From Octopus sinensis (lineage: Eukaryota): DNA of 64,000 nt. The notes beneath the pieces are model-generated. The model was not told where the DNA came from. It searched no databases and saw only the letters and a program-made list of their open reading frames with translations. The stretch lies in NCBI RefSeq assembly GCF_006345805.1, contig NC_043007.1, forward strand, positions 9,176,001-9,240,000, given 5' to 3'. Position numbers and translations under genes: made by a program. Positions 54,384 through 64,000 of this stretch are shown piece after piece. How positions within the stretch are numbered: position 1 is the first letter of the stretch; each line of letters begins with the position of its first letter.

Positions 54384-54593
54384 AACAATCGCAATAGAGG
54401 ACATTAAAACATTCGGACAGATGACGATAAAAAGGCGGACAGCAGGCTAAAAAGGCACGGTCATTCGTGGCTTTCTTTCCTTACTCAAGTTCTAGAATCA
54501 CGACTATTTCGGGCAGTTGCACTTAAGATGGTTCGATCTGGTTATATTATATATATATACCTACATATATATATATATATATTATATATATAT

Positions 54594-54649
<56 letters not shown>

Positions 54650-55143
54650 TTTATTAATAAAGCTGCAAATACCTCACATAAACTATTAATCAACTTTCGT
54701 GTTCCTTTTCGTTGGACAAACTTTGGTTGAGTATATAAATATATATGTATGTCCACATTAGTATATATTTATATATCTGTGTATACATGTATGTATAGTT
54801 ATGTATATGCATTATCTCTCACTGACTCTGTCACTCAATATACACATATATGTGTGCGTGCATGTGTGTGTGTGTGTGTATCTGTTTATGTATACACCTA
54901 TTTTCATCGAAGTTACAGTTAGCGTTGGCATTGTTTACGAAGCTGAATATCAAGATCCTAAACTCTATTTTCGTTCTGCATTGGCATGTGTGTACGTGCT
55001 TAAATATACATTCAGACGTATCCATCACTTCACTCTTTCATTTTCTTCCCCATTTCTTGTCTCCTTCTCTGTATAAACACTCACGCACAAACATACACAT
55101 GCTCACAAATATAACAAGCTGATATACATACTCATATATACAT

Positions 55144-55177
<34 letters not shown>

Positions 55178-55279
55178 CTATATATATGAGCGTGGGGCGT
55201 ATTTGTTCCCTGTATACTTTAATTATTAATATTATTATTATTATCATTATTATTATTTTTATTATACTATATTATATTA

Positions 55280-55322
<43 letters not shown>

Positions 55323-56142
55323 GTTATTGTTATTGTTATTATTATTGATGTTGATGCCGTTGCTGTTGTTGTTTTTGTTGTTGATTTTGTTGCTATTATC
55401 ATCTTTCATTCTCCTTATTTTATTGCAAGAAGATGTCTAATCTTGCTTGTTTTAAGCCTACTCGACAATTACATTAATACAATCTTAACACCACAAAACT
55501 TAGCCCGAGAGGAAATAAGCAATCTTTATCAAGATTTTCGTCACTAAAAATTAATTTTCTCTCCAAAACAATGGCAAAGGCTTGTAAAAATTTGATGTTC
55601 GTTTTCAACAAAATCGAAATTACCTAACCAAATTTATCTTTCTGTTAATGTTAGGTATTTTATTTTCCTTATTTTCTTTTTTACCTGTCATTTTTCTTTG
55701 TTTTTTCTTTCATTTTATATTCTCAGGTTCGTAAATTTTTTACTGTTATGTCGGTGTACGTGTGTGAGCGTGTGCTAAGACAAATATATCTTGTAATGTT
55801 AATTTAAAATTTCTCTGCTTGTTTAGCTGTATATATAACACTGTATTTACATAACATTTTGTTTTTCTCTATGGATTTACTGGTTTCTCCATCAATCTGT
55901 CTGTCCGTCTTTGACTGTAGTACCTGTCTTTCACCTTTCTTCTCTATATTTGTATATGTATACATAGATAGATGTTCATTTGTGTGCGCGCGTCATTTGT
56001 ATATATAGCATATTATAACACATATGTGTGTTTGTGTGTGTGTGTGTGCAGTAGTGTTCGGGGATGTGAGTGTACCTATATATGGGCATATATCTATGCA
56101 TGTGTTAGTATGTGTGTATATTATATATATATATATATGGTA

Positions 56143-56186
<44 letters not shown>

Positions 56187-56422
56187 ACATGTATATATGT
56201 ATTTATATGATATATTATATGTGTATATAATATACATATATACGTAAATATATGTATATGCGTGACCATCGTCCATCTTTCTTTCCTTCACGTGATCATT
56301 TTGTTTCCCTTCAGAGCTGTCGTACGTGGAGACTGCACTTATCCTATATGCCTTTTTCTCTCGTCAAAGAAAGTATTTCTTGTTTTGTTTCGTTCGGTTT
56401 CCTGTATGTCTTCACTGTCCTG

Positions 56423-56522
56423 NNNNNNNNNNNNNNNNNNNNNNNNNNNNNNNNNNNNNNNNNNNNNNNNNNNNNNNNNNNNNNNNNNNNNNNNNNNNNN
56501 NNNNNNNNNNNNNNNNNNNNNN
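56423..56522. other. Assembly gap (100 N)
   Basis: Direct reading. Confidence 1.
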
Positions 56523-56535
56523 TGCATATACCTAC

Positions 56536-56780
56536 GGCGCAGGCTGTGTAGTAAGAAGCTTGCTTCCCAACCACATGGGTCAGTCAACATAGACTAGTGC
56601 CTTTTACTATAGCCTCAGGCTGACCAAAGCGTTCTGAGTGAATTTGGTAGGTGGAAATTAAAAGAATTAGCAACCGATGTTGGTGTGTTTGCGTCCCTCT
56701 GACTTAGCTGTTCAACAAGGAGACCGATAGAATACTTACTAAGCTTGGCTTACAAAGAATAAGCCCTGGATCGATTTCGT
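56536..56780 (+). mobile_element. SINE family A, internally deleted
   Basis: Head GGCGCAGGCTGTGTAGTAAGAAGCTTGCTTCCCAACC, then partial body and tail. Confidence 0.75.
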
Positions 56781-56874
56781 TGAGTATAAACCGTCTCATT
56801 TGGAATTGCAGTGCTTATAAGCACTCACGTTTATAGCGCTAGCAGAAGATAATCGACCAAGACCGTCGCCAGAA

Positions 56875-56921
56875 CTACCAGATCACGTGATTTCAGTCTT
56901 CCTTGGCCTCTTCAGTGGTAG
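56875..56921 (-). ncRNA. Type I hammerhead ribozyme, canonical core
   Basis: CTACCA-CTGAAGA-GGCC-AAGGAA-GACT-GAAA-TCACGTGA-TC-TGGTAG: perfect 6-bp stem I, palindromic ATCACGTGAT stem III, AUC site; one mismatch and one wobble in stem II. Confidence 0.8.
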
Positions 56922-57296
56922 ACGCCCGCGGCTAAATGTACCAGCAACTTCACCGTCAGCGATCTATATAGAATTCCACTGTCTATTCAGGCATTAGTGT
57001 CGCAAATAGCCAGTGAGCTCATTGAAACATAATAGCGACAGAAGCATTACCATTGCAATTTATTTTATTAAACGCCTTGATTATAATCTCATTCCCAACT
57101 TTTATTGCCTTCTGAAATCTGCTATTTTGAATATGCACGCATATAACGAACTGTTTTCGTATTAATGCCAAACCTTCTTTCCAGCTATCTGTCTTGTAAT
57201 GAAAGAAACATTACAAGGAAAGGAAAATAGCTGCAATAAATTTACAATAAAGCATGGCTACTCTCTGTAAATAGCTTTCATTAACTGTTACATAAG

Positions 57297-57600
57297 GAGG
57301 CGTGTAATGGCCCAGTGGTTAGGGCAGCGGACTCACGGTCGCAGATCGCGGTTTCGATTCCCAGACCGAGCGTTGTGTTTGTTTATTGAGCGAAAACACC
57401 TAAAGCTCCACGAGGCTCCGGCAGGGGATGTTGTAGACCACTGTTGTACTCTTTCGTCACAACTTACTCTCACTCTTTCTTCGTGTTTCTTGCGCAACGC
57501 TACGACGGACTGGCGTCCCGTTCAGCTGAGGGAACACATACACCATAGAAACCGGGAAACCTGGCCCATGAGGCTGGCTAGGCTGGACAAGGGCGGATAA
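57297..57600 (+). mobile_element. SINE family C, tail type ii
   Basis: Head plus GACTGGCGTCCCGTTCAGCTG...GGCTGGCTAGG tail. Confidence 0.85.
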
Positions 57601-57760
57601 ATAAAAAAATAAATAACTGTTGGATAAGCAGATGTCGTTGATGATATGTGTACTTGAGAAGGCGTGAATATAATTGACCAAAAGCTTTCTAATGCTGTCT
57701 CAATACAAACTTAGTCCAATGGCTAAAAGCATACACAAACTTTTTTTTACCTACTAATAG

Positions 57761-57928
57761 ACATTTCTATGTATTGCTTTGTGTTCCTGAAAGTAGAGAG
57801 CGAAATAGTCGCTTACTCGATAACTCCTTCAAACGCCGTATCAAGTGTAAACTATTTGAAACTTTCTGAAGTGTATCCAGAACAACGTTATTGTGAAAAA
57901 CCCCGCGGTCTTCTGAGGTCATTCAGAG
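57761..57928 (+). CDS. Isolated candidate exon ((D)ISMYCFVFLKVESEIVAYS...YCEKPRGLLRSFR)
   Basis: T8ACCTACTAATAG acceptor and GAG|GTATGA donor; 168 nt, phase 1 to 1, open frame in non-repeat DNA; partner exons not established. Confidence 0.4.
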
Positions 57929-58377
57929 GTATGATGAAGAAGTAACGACATATTCTGTGTAGCATGCTATTTTCCCTACAGATATTATTATTAATAATTT
58001 TTGGCAATTGCTTAGCTTAAAGAAGAGCAGCTAAATTTTATATACAATTTGTATAATATTATTTACGACACATTTGATACGCATTTGATTCATCTCTATG
58101 TGTAACGTACAATCGCAGATATACACTTCCATATACATGCACTCAGGCGTACATATCCGTATAAACATTTATATACGCACACACACACATACTCATACAT
58201 ATGGATATATGTATGTTAATTTAATCGGTTACGCTATACAGTTGTAGAGAACAAATTTATTATTCTTAAACAAGAATATTATTGAGAGTCAATTCCTTGT
58301 TTCGGCTACTTAAGCCGTCTTTGTTGTTTAAGAATAATAAATGTATGTATGTATGACTATATCTTCCAATCTATCTG

Positions 58378-58433
<56 letters not shown>

Positions 58434-58472
58434 CCTATATATCGGTCTGTTTACCTGTCTGTCTGTGTATAT

Positions 58473-58504
<32 letters not shown>

Positions 58505-58518
58505 CACACAAAAAAAAA

Positions 58519-58611
58519 TGTTACTCGGAGTTTCACGCTCGCGTTCGTCAGATAATTTTGTTTCTAAACAAAACTGTCAGACGAACGGGAACGTGAAACT
58601 CCGAGTAACAG
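58519..58611. ncRNA. Divergent pair of hammerhead-like motifs forming an about 93-bp palindrome
   Basis: Minus 58519-58554 has CTGACGA-ACG-CGAG-CGT-GAAA-CTCCGAG-TA; plus 58574-58611 has CTGT-CAGACGA-ACG-GGAA-CGT-GAAA-CTCCGAG-TA-ACAG. Confidence 0.75.
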
Positions 58612-58673
58612 GTTTTGTGATATTTTTACTGCTTTTCAATAAAGCATATTACTCTACCTCAAGTTATCGAATG

Positions 58674-58766
<93 letters not shown>

Positions 58767-59189
58767 CAAATTTAGATAAAGCAAAAGACGAAGGCAGCTG
58801 AGGGAACAACCAAGCAGGTGTATTAGTTTAACGCACGGGAAGAATGAAAAAGTCCGTGACGTTTCCAGCCTACGCTCTTCCACTGACAGGACAGAGAAAA
58901 ATAATGGGGAGAGAAGGTAAAAAAAGAAGAGAGAAAACTATTTAGCTCTCATGTATATATATGAATTGATAGCGATGCCCCGCTCCACCCCGAAGTAATT
59001 TAAAACTTGCTAAGTAATTATTTTTATACTATGATTAACATTTGTTTCGTAAATCCACATGTGCGATTTTTCATTGCTAGTTTATCTTCTGCTTATGTTA
59101 CGTTTTTAGTATTAACTGGGATATATATGGTATAGTGTTTTAATAATTGTTTTTAATTATCCTACGAAGAAGGGACTAAAGATTTAGTG

Positions 59190-59427
59190 CACCAATCCGA
59201 CCGTGGCCGATGCCAGCCTCGCCTGGCACCTGTGCAGGTGGCCCGTAAAAAGCACCCACTACACTCACGGAGTGGTTGGCGTTAGGAAGGGCATCCAGCT
59301 GTAGAAACATTGCCAGATAAGACCGGAGCCTGGTGCAGCCTTCTGGCTTCCGAGATCCCCGGTCGAACCGTCCAACCCATGCTAGCATGGAGAACGGACG
59401 TTAAACGATGATGATGATGATGATGAT
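59190..59427 (+). mobile_element. SINE-like element, same family as 51530-51863
   Basis: Shared body and (GAT)n tail. Confidence 0.8.
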
Positions 59428-59559
59428 ATAGTGCAAATGTTATTCCTTAAGTCCCCTAATTTAGGTATTAATCTTAAAATAGCTTATATACAATTGGTAT
59501 ATAGGTATTGATTTTAAAATAGCTTATATCCACTTGGCGTAGCTCTACAGTCTAGAAAA

Positions 59560-59782
59560 TAGTGGAAGAATCTAAGGTCGAAGTCTTTTCAAATAAGTCT
59601 ACATTTATATTGTTGAGATGTGTAGAGAGGCTGCAGCAGATATTGAAGTACATCGGTTTTTTACATTTACAAACACTGGATATTATGTCATATGCCTTTC
59701 TAATAACGCCTACAGGCGAGAGTTCTTCTGTCTACACACAGCAGAATTGTAACCGAGGACGCATCATCATCAAAACCATCAC

Positions 59783-59813
<31 letters not shown>

Positions 59814-59815
59814 GA

Positions 59816-59846
<31 letters not shown>

Positions 59847-59869
59847 GACATCATCATCATCATCATCGA

Positions 59870-59916
<47 letters not shown>

Positions 59917-60790
59917 ACAGCAGCAGCAGTCGAGTGTCTTTACAGTGATGTGGTGTCGGGTTGCTAAGCTTCTCCTCCTTTTCCTTTTATCGGTTCCTTC
60001 TTTCTATTTAGATCCTTATTAGCATTAGGATTATACGTAATGGGGGCCTCATCAGCTTTAACAATTCCTAAGCCATACCAACCTCTCTGTCTTTATCCAT
60101 CCTCTTTCATAGCATGTCACAAGTCTTACTGTAAATCTCTCAAGTCTCTTTGTTCTTCTATATTCTTTGTCATCCTATATTTCCTGTAGACTGCATCTAG
60201 CTCATGTATTGTGTCCTGAATGCTGCAATGTGCAGTTGTGGTTACATCTTGCCTCTTGGCTTCTATTGACCAAAAAAACCCAGAGAACCTAAGAGCTCTA
60301 CAAGTATATGAAACAGAATACATTCTTCTATATTCATCGTCATCCTATATTTCCTGTAGACTGTATCTAGCTCACGTATTGTTTCCTGAATGCTGCAATG
60401 TGCAGTTCTGGTTACATCTTGCCTCTTGGCTTCCATTGACCAAAAAAAACCCAGAGAACTTAAGAGCTCTACAAGTATATGAAACAGAATACATTCTTCT
60501 ATATTCATCGTCATCCTATATTTCCTGTAGACTGTATCTAGCTCACGTATTGTTTCCTGAATGCTGCAATGTGCAGTTCTGGTTACATCTTGCCTCTTGG
60601 CTTCCATTGACCAAAAAAACCCAGAGAACTCAAGAGCTCTATAAGTACATGAAACAGAATACAACGGTGAAGAAAGCCATTCATTCCAAGAGTATATGGT
60701 TGACTACATATTGCCTCAAGTGCCGTCTTAATACAGAGTTCTTCTGTATGAATAAAGGAGTGGCAGCATGTAATGTTGAAATCATAAAGT
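59560..60790 (-). mobile_element. Decayed LINE ORF2 relic (APE endonuclease/linker-like), interrupted by (ATC)n and a tandem triplication
   Basis: Homologous to 61140-61500; traces of YRPP-like and SDHNPV-like motifs; IRELDTVYRKYRMTKNIEE resembles the post-endonuclease linker. Clade uncertain. Confidence 0.45.
60153..60663 (+). repeat. Three tandem 170/171-bp units
   Basis: Units start at 60153, 60323 and 60494; units 2 and 3 nearly identical. Confidence 0.95.
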
Positions 60791-60805
60791 CTATATAGTC
60801 TGTGT

Positions 60806-61110
60806 AGAGGCTCAGTAGCCCCGTGGTTAGGGCAGCGGACTCGCGGCCGTAGGATCGCGGTTTCGATTCCCAGACCGGGCAGGCGTTGTGAGTGTTTATT
60901 TAGCGAAAACACCAAAAGCTCCACGAGGCTCCGGCAGGGGATGGTGGCGATCTCTGCTGTTCTCTTTTGCCACAACTTTCTCTCACTCTTTCTTCTGTTG
61001 GCCTGCTCGCTTAGCCAGCGGGGTGGCGTCATTGGAAGGCTAAAACAATGCGAAGCGCCTTGTGACCAGCGATGTGTAGCAACATCTGATAGCTTGGTCG
61101 GTCACGGTGA
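60806..61110 (+). mobile_element. SINE family C, tail type iii
   Basis: Same head; tail GGCCTGCTCGCTTAGCCAGCGGGGTGGCG...GGTCACGGTGATA. Confidence 0.85.
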
Positions 61111-61139
61111 TATAGGCTGTAGCGTTTGTTGCTAAAGAT

Positions 61140-61500
61140 GTTTTATGAAATGAACCATTCGCAACAGTTAAAGACGTACATCATTTATTACATTTACAAA
61201 CACTGGATTATGATGCTATAGTCTTCTCTAACTACGCCAGTTGACAACAGATCTTCTGATTATAGTGGTTACAGCTTGCCTCCTGGCTTCCATTCACCAA
61301 TAAAACGGAGAATTGCAGGGCTATCCAAAAGGATGGCACTGTTGATGCATGTCTAAGTACATAAAACAGAATATAGCTGTGAAGAAAGTCATAACCGTCA
61401 TAAACTTCACAACTCTCAGACATAATGCGTAGCTGATTATATATTGTCCAAAGTGTATTCCTGATACGGAGGATACCTTTATGAATAAAGGATATTAGCT
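61140..61500 (-). mobile_element. Decayed LINE endonuclease relic, paralog of 59560-60790
   Basis: Shares TTACATTTACAAACACTGGAT and TTGCCTC.TGGCTTCCATT; minus strand reads YPPYQEY and S(D)HNPVFV. Confidence 0.45.
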
Positions 61501-61564
61501 GTCTTTTTCAGTGTATAGTATTTTCAGTATATAGAAAACAGTGATGTTTTCTTATTCTCTTTTA

Positions 61565-61990
61565 CTCTTTTACTCTTATATTTGTTTCAGTCATGTTGTG
61601 GCCATGCTGGAGCACCTCCTTTAGTCGAGCGAATCGACCCCAGGACTTATTCTTTGTAAGCCTAGTACTTATTCTATCGGTCTCTTTGCCGAACCGCTAA
61701 GTTACGGGGACGTAAACACACCAGCATCGGTTGTCAAGCGATGTTGGGGGGGACAAACAGACACAAAACCACACACGCACACAAACACAAACACACAAAC
61801 ACATACACACATATATATACATATATACGACGGGCTTCTTTCAGTTTCCGCCCACCAAATCCACTCACAAGGCCATGTTTGGCCCGAGGCTATAGTAGAA
61901 GACACTTGCCCAAGGTGCCACGCAGTAGGACTGAACCCGGAACCATGTGGTTCGTATGCAAGTTACTTACCACACAACCACTCCTACGCC
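61565..61990 (-). mobile_element. SINE family A, full length
   Basis: Reverse complement of 5021-5447. Confidence 0.9.
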
Positions 61991-62595
61991 TTCTTCAACA
62001 TTGTCTCATTATGGTTTACCTTATTAATGTAATGTTACCAAATACAATGTAGTCGATAGTAATATTTTCTTTGACAAATATTTTAGCAATAAAATGGTTT
62101 GTTATAATGACATTCATATAATATTGCCCAGCTTAATATGAATTCAGATTTGTCTTCGTTTCCCAGTTTTACCAATAGTAATAATATCTGTAGATTGTAC
62201 AAATATATGAGAAAAAATTATTATAATAAATCAATACATTTTACATTTTGTCAAAGAAATAATTTAAAGATATAACATCAGTATTGAATATAAATAGAAG
62301 TAATATTGAATAGAAAATAATGGTATGTGTCGAGCAGGAAATGTTGGGAAAGAGGGGGACATTTTTGGTATGAAAACTTAGCATGGTTTGGGTGGGGTTT
62401 ATTAGAGTTTGTTGATGTATTTTTGGTGCATTCAGATATGGATATCAGTTTGATGTAATAATAATGATTTAATTACATTCATATGAAAGTCCATATGAAA
62501 AGGAATAGGATGTGCATACGTCCTGTACGCAGGTATATCACAGATATTTAATTTATATTTACGTAATTGTACGCATATATATACATGTATATATA

Positions 62596-62800
62596 TTGTT
62601 GGCATCCTTTTTGTCTCGGGAGACAATGGAGTTGCGCATAAAGTAGTCTAATCCGGCTTTTACATTTCATGTCCTGATACATTTCCTGCTGTGGCTGTGT
62701 AGTCCTATCCTGGACAAACACTCCCTCTGGCAGGTACCGCAAATGTAGCGAAGACTGTTCATGGCTGGTTGTAATGCCATAGTTTCTTGTTGACGTCTCT
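62596..62800 (-). mobile_element. 3' end of RTE/BovB-like LINE
   Basis: Terminal CCATTGTCTCCCGAGACAAAAGGATGCCAACAA resembles RTE-BovB 3' ends; CKSRIRL resembles the C-terminal C.SRIGL motif. Confidence 0.55.
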
Positions 62801-62938
62801 TCTTTTCTTTCCATTTCTCCACTCTCTCTCTGTCACTCCTTTGTATTCCCTCTTTTACGGTACGTCGCCATTCTCCACGGTTGCCGGCAATTGCCTCCTA
62901 ACCGCTAGTGTATATATATATGTATTATACCTATATAT

Positions 62939-63190
62939 GTGGAGGCGCGGAGCTTAGTGGTTAGGGTGTCAGCATCATGATCGTAAGATTGTGGTTTCGA
63001 TTCCTGGACAGGGCGACCCGTTGTGTTCTTGAGCAAAACACTTCATTTCATATTGCTCCAGTCCACTCAGCTGGCAAAAATGAGTAACGCTGCGATGGAC
63101 TGGCGTCCCGTCCAGCTGGGGAATACAAATGCCATAGAAACCGGGAAACCGGGCCCATGAGCCTGGCTAAGCTTTAAAAAACGCGCATTT
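62939..63190 (+). mobile_element. SINE family D head with tail type ii
   Basis: tRNA-like head, GTTGTGTTCTTGAGCAAAACACTT, CTGCGATGGACTGGCGTCCCGTCCAG. Confidence 0.85.
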
Positions 63191-63206
63191 ATTTATTTAT
63201 TATACC

Positions 63207-63272
<66 letters not shown>

Positions 63273-63286
63273 AGAGAGAGAGAGAG

Positions 63287-63320
<34 letters not shown>

Positions 63321-63462
63321 AGAGAGAAACATATATATATATATATATATGTATATAGATATATATATATATCCAGATTTTCCAAGGCCAATAAAGAAAG
63401 TTACGATGTTTCGTATCAGAATACCTCCACTTTAATCATGCAATCGAAGGCAGGATTAACGT

Positions 63463-63516
63463 AATGGCTGAATATCCATATTTCAAGAGTTATTGCTCTT
63501 TCATCAGCATCGCATT
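63463..63516 (-). ncRNA. Type I hammerhead motif, canonical core
   Basis: CTGATGA-AAGAG-CAATAA-CTCTT-GAAA-TATGGATA-TT-CAGCCATT: perfect 5-bp stem II, paired stem III; stem I partly eroded. Confidence 0.7.
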
Positions 63517-64000
63517 AAACCCATTAACCACCCACGAACACATTGTTTCAATAGCCACTAAATTTAGTGGTACAACGCCATTGGGTATACCAATTTACAT
63601 ATTAAACACATTCCTGGTAACTGACTGTGTTTCGTTTTGCAACTACAATATACTGCCAAGTATTGATGTAATGTTTATCACCACAACGATATGGCTTTTC
63701 CGCAGAAATCGACTCTACCACCATTTTTAACCCTGGGAGGAGCATTCTCTTGTTGATTATAGAGGCAATCTGCACTCGATATGTACTGCAAGCAGTGGGG
63801 CAAACCTCTATCACCTTCCATCAGACGATGGGATCACCAGACAGTACGGTTTCGGGCTATTTGTGCCCATTGGCACTGGAGAACATAGGTACTCTTGAAA
63901 TAGCAGTAATTCACTCCAGCTAGCAATATATAGAAAACTAAGTGACAATCAGTCGCTGATCTTCGTACAAGCGAAGTAGCTAGGTAGACAATCTTGTTGG

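Noticed and set aside
63602-63814. EKPYRC as a C2H2 zinc-finger linker
   Set aside because: No C-x2-C...H-x3-H pattern follows; the region is decayed, probably PLE-associated DNA upstream of the 63463 hammerhead.

Overview
AT-rich, microsatellite-saturated animal genomic DNA. The SINE-like repeat families look like those of octopod cephalopods (inference from recognition; needs BLAST/Dfam). There are no operons, CRISPR arrays, rRNA or intact tRNA genes, and most ORF-track entries are translated (TA)n/(CA)n/(AAT)n tracts. Contents: (1) many tRNA-derived SINE copies from about 4 families, including tandem arrays. (2) Tx1/L1-clade LINE relics: a young GC-rich 5'-truncated ORF2 (about 2.4-4.37 kb), a 3'UTR fragment at 30.4-30.7 kb, and a second family at 34.9-35.9 kb with a twin-priming-type 5' inversion. 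(3) Penelope-like remnants, with an open GIY-YIG ORF and about a dozen hammerhead-ribozyme-like motifs from several families, some fully canonical. (4) RTE/RTE-X/CR1-like LINE, Tc1/mariner, hAT, Helitron and MITE relics. (5) A hand-predicted, phase-consistent multi-exon plus-strand gene (about 9.4/12.2-28.7 kb) encoding an unrecognised protein, plus an isolated candidate exon at 57.8 kb. The most notable observations are the hammerhead diversity, a SINE module ending in the same 33-nt terminus as the Tx1 LINE, the twin-priming inversion, a 144-bp perfect palindrome centred on (AT)n, and the orphan gene. A 100-N assembly gap lies at 56423-56522. Repeat boundaries are approximate (about +/-20 bp) unless a motif is quoted.
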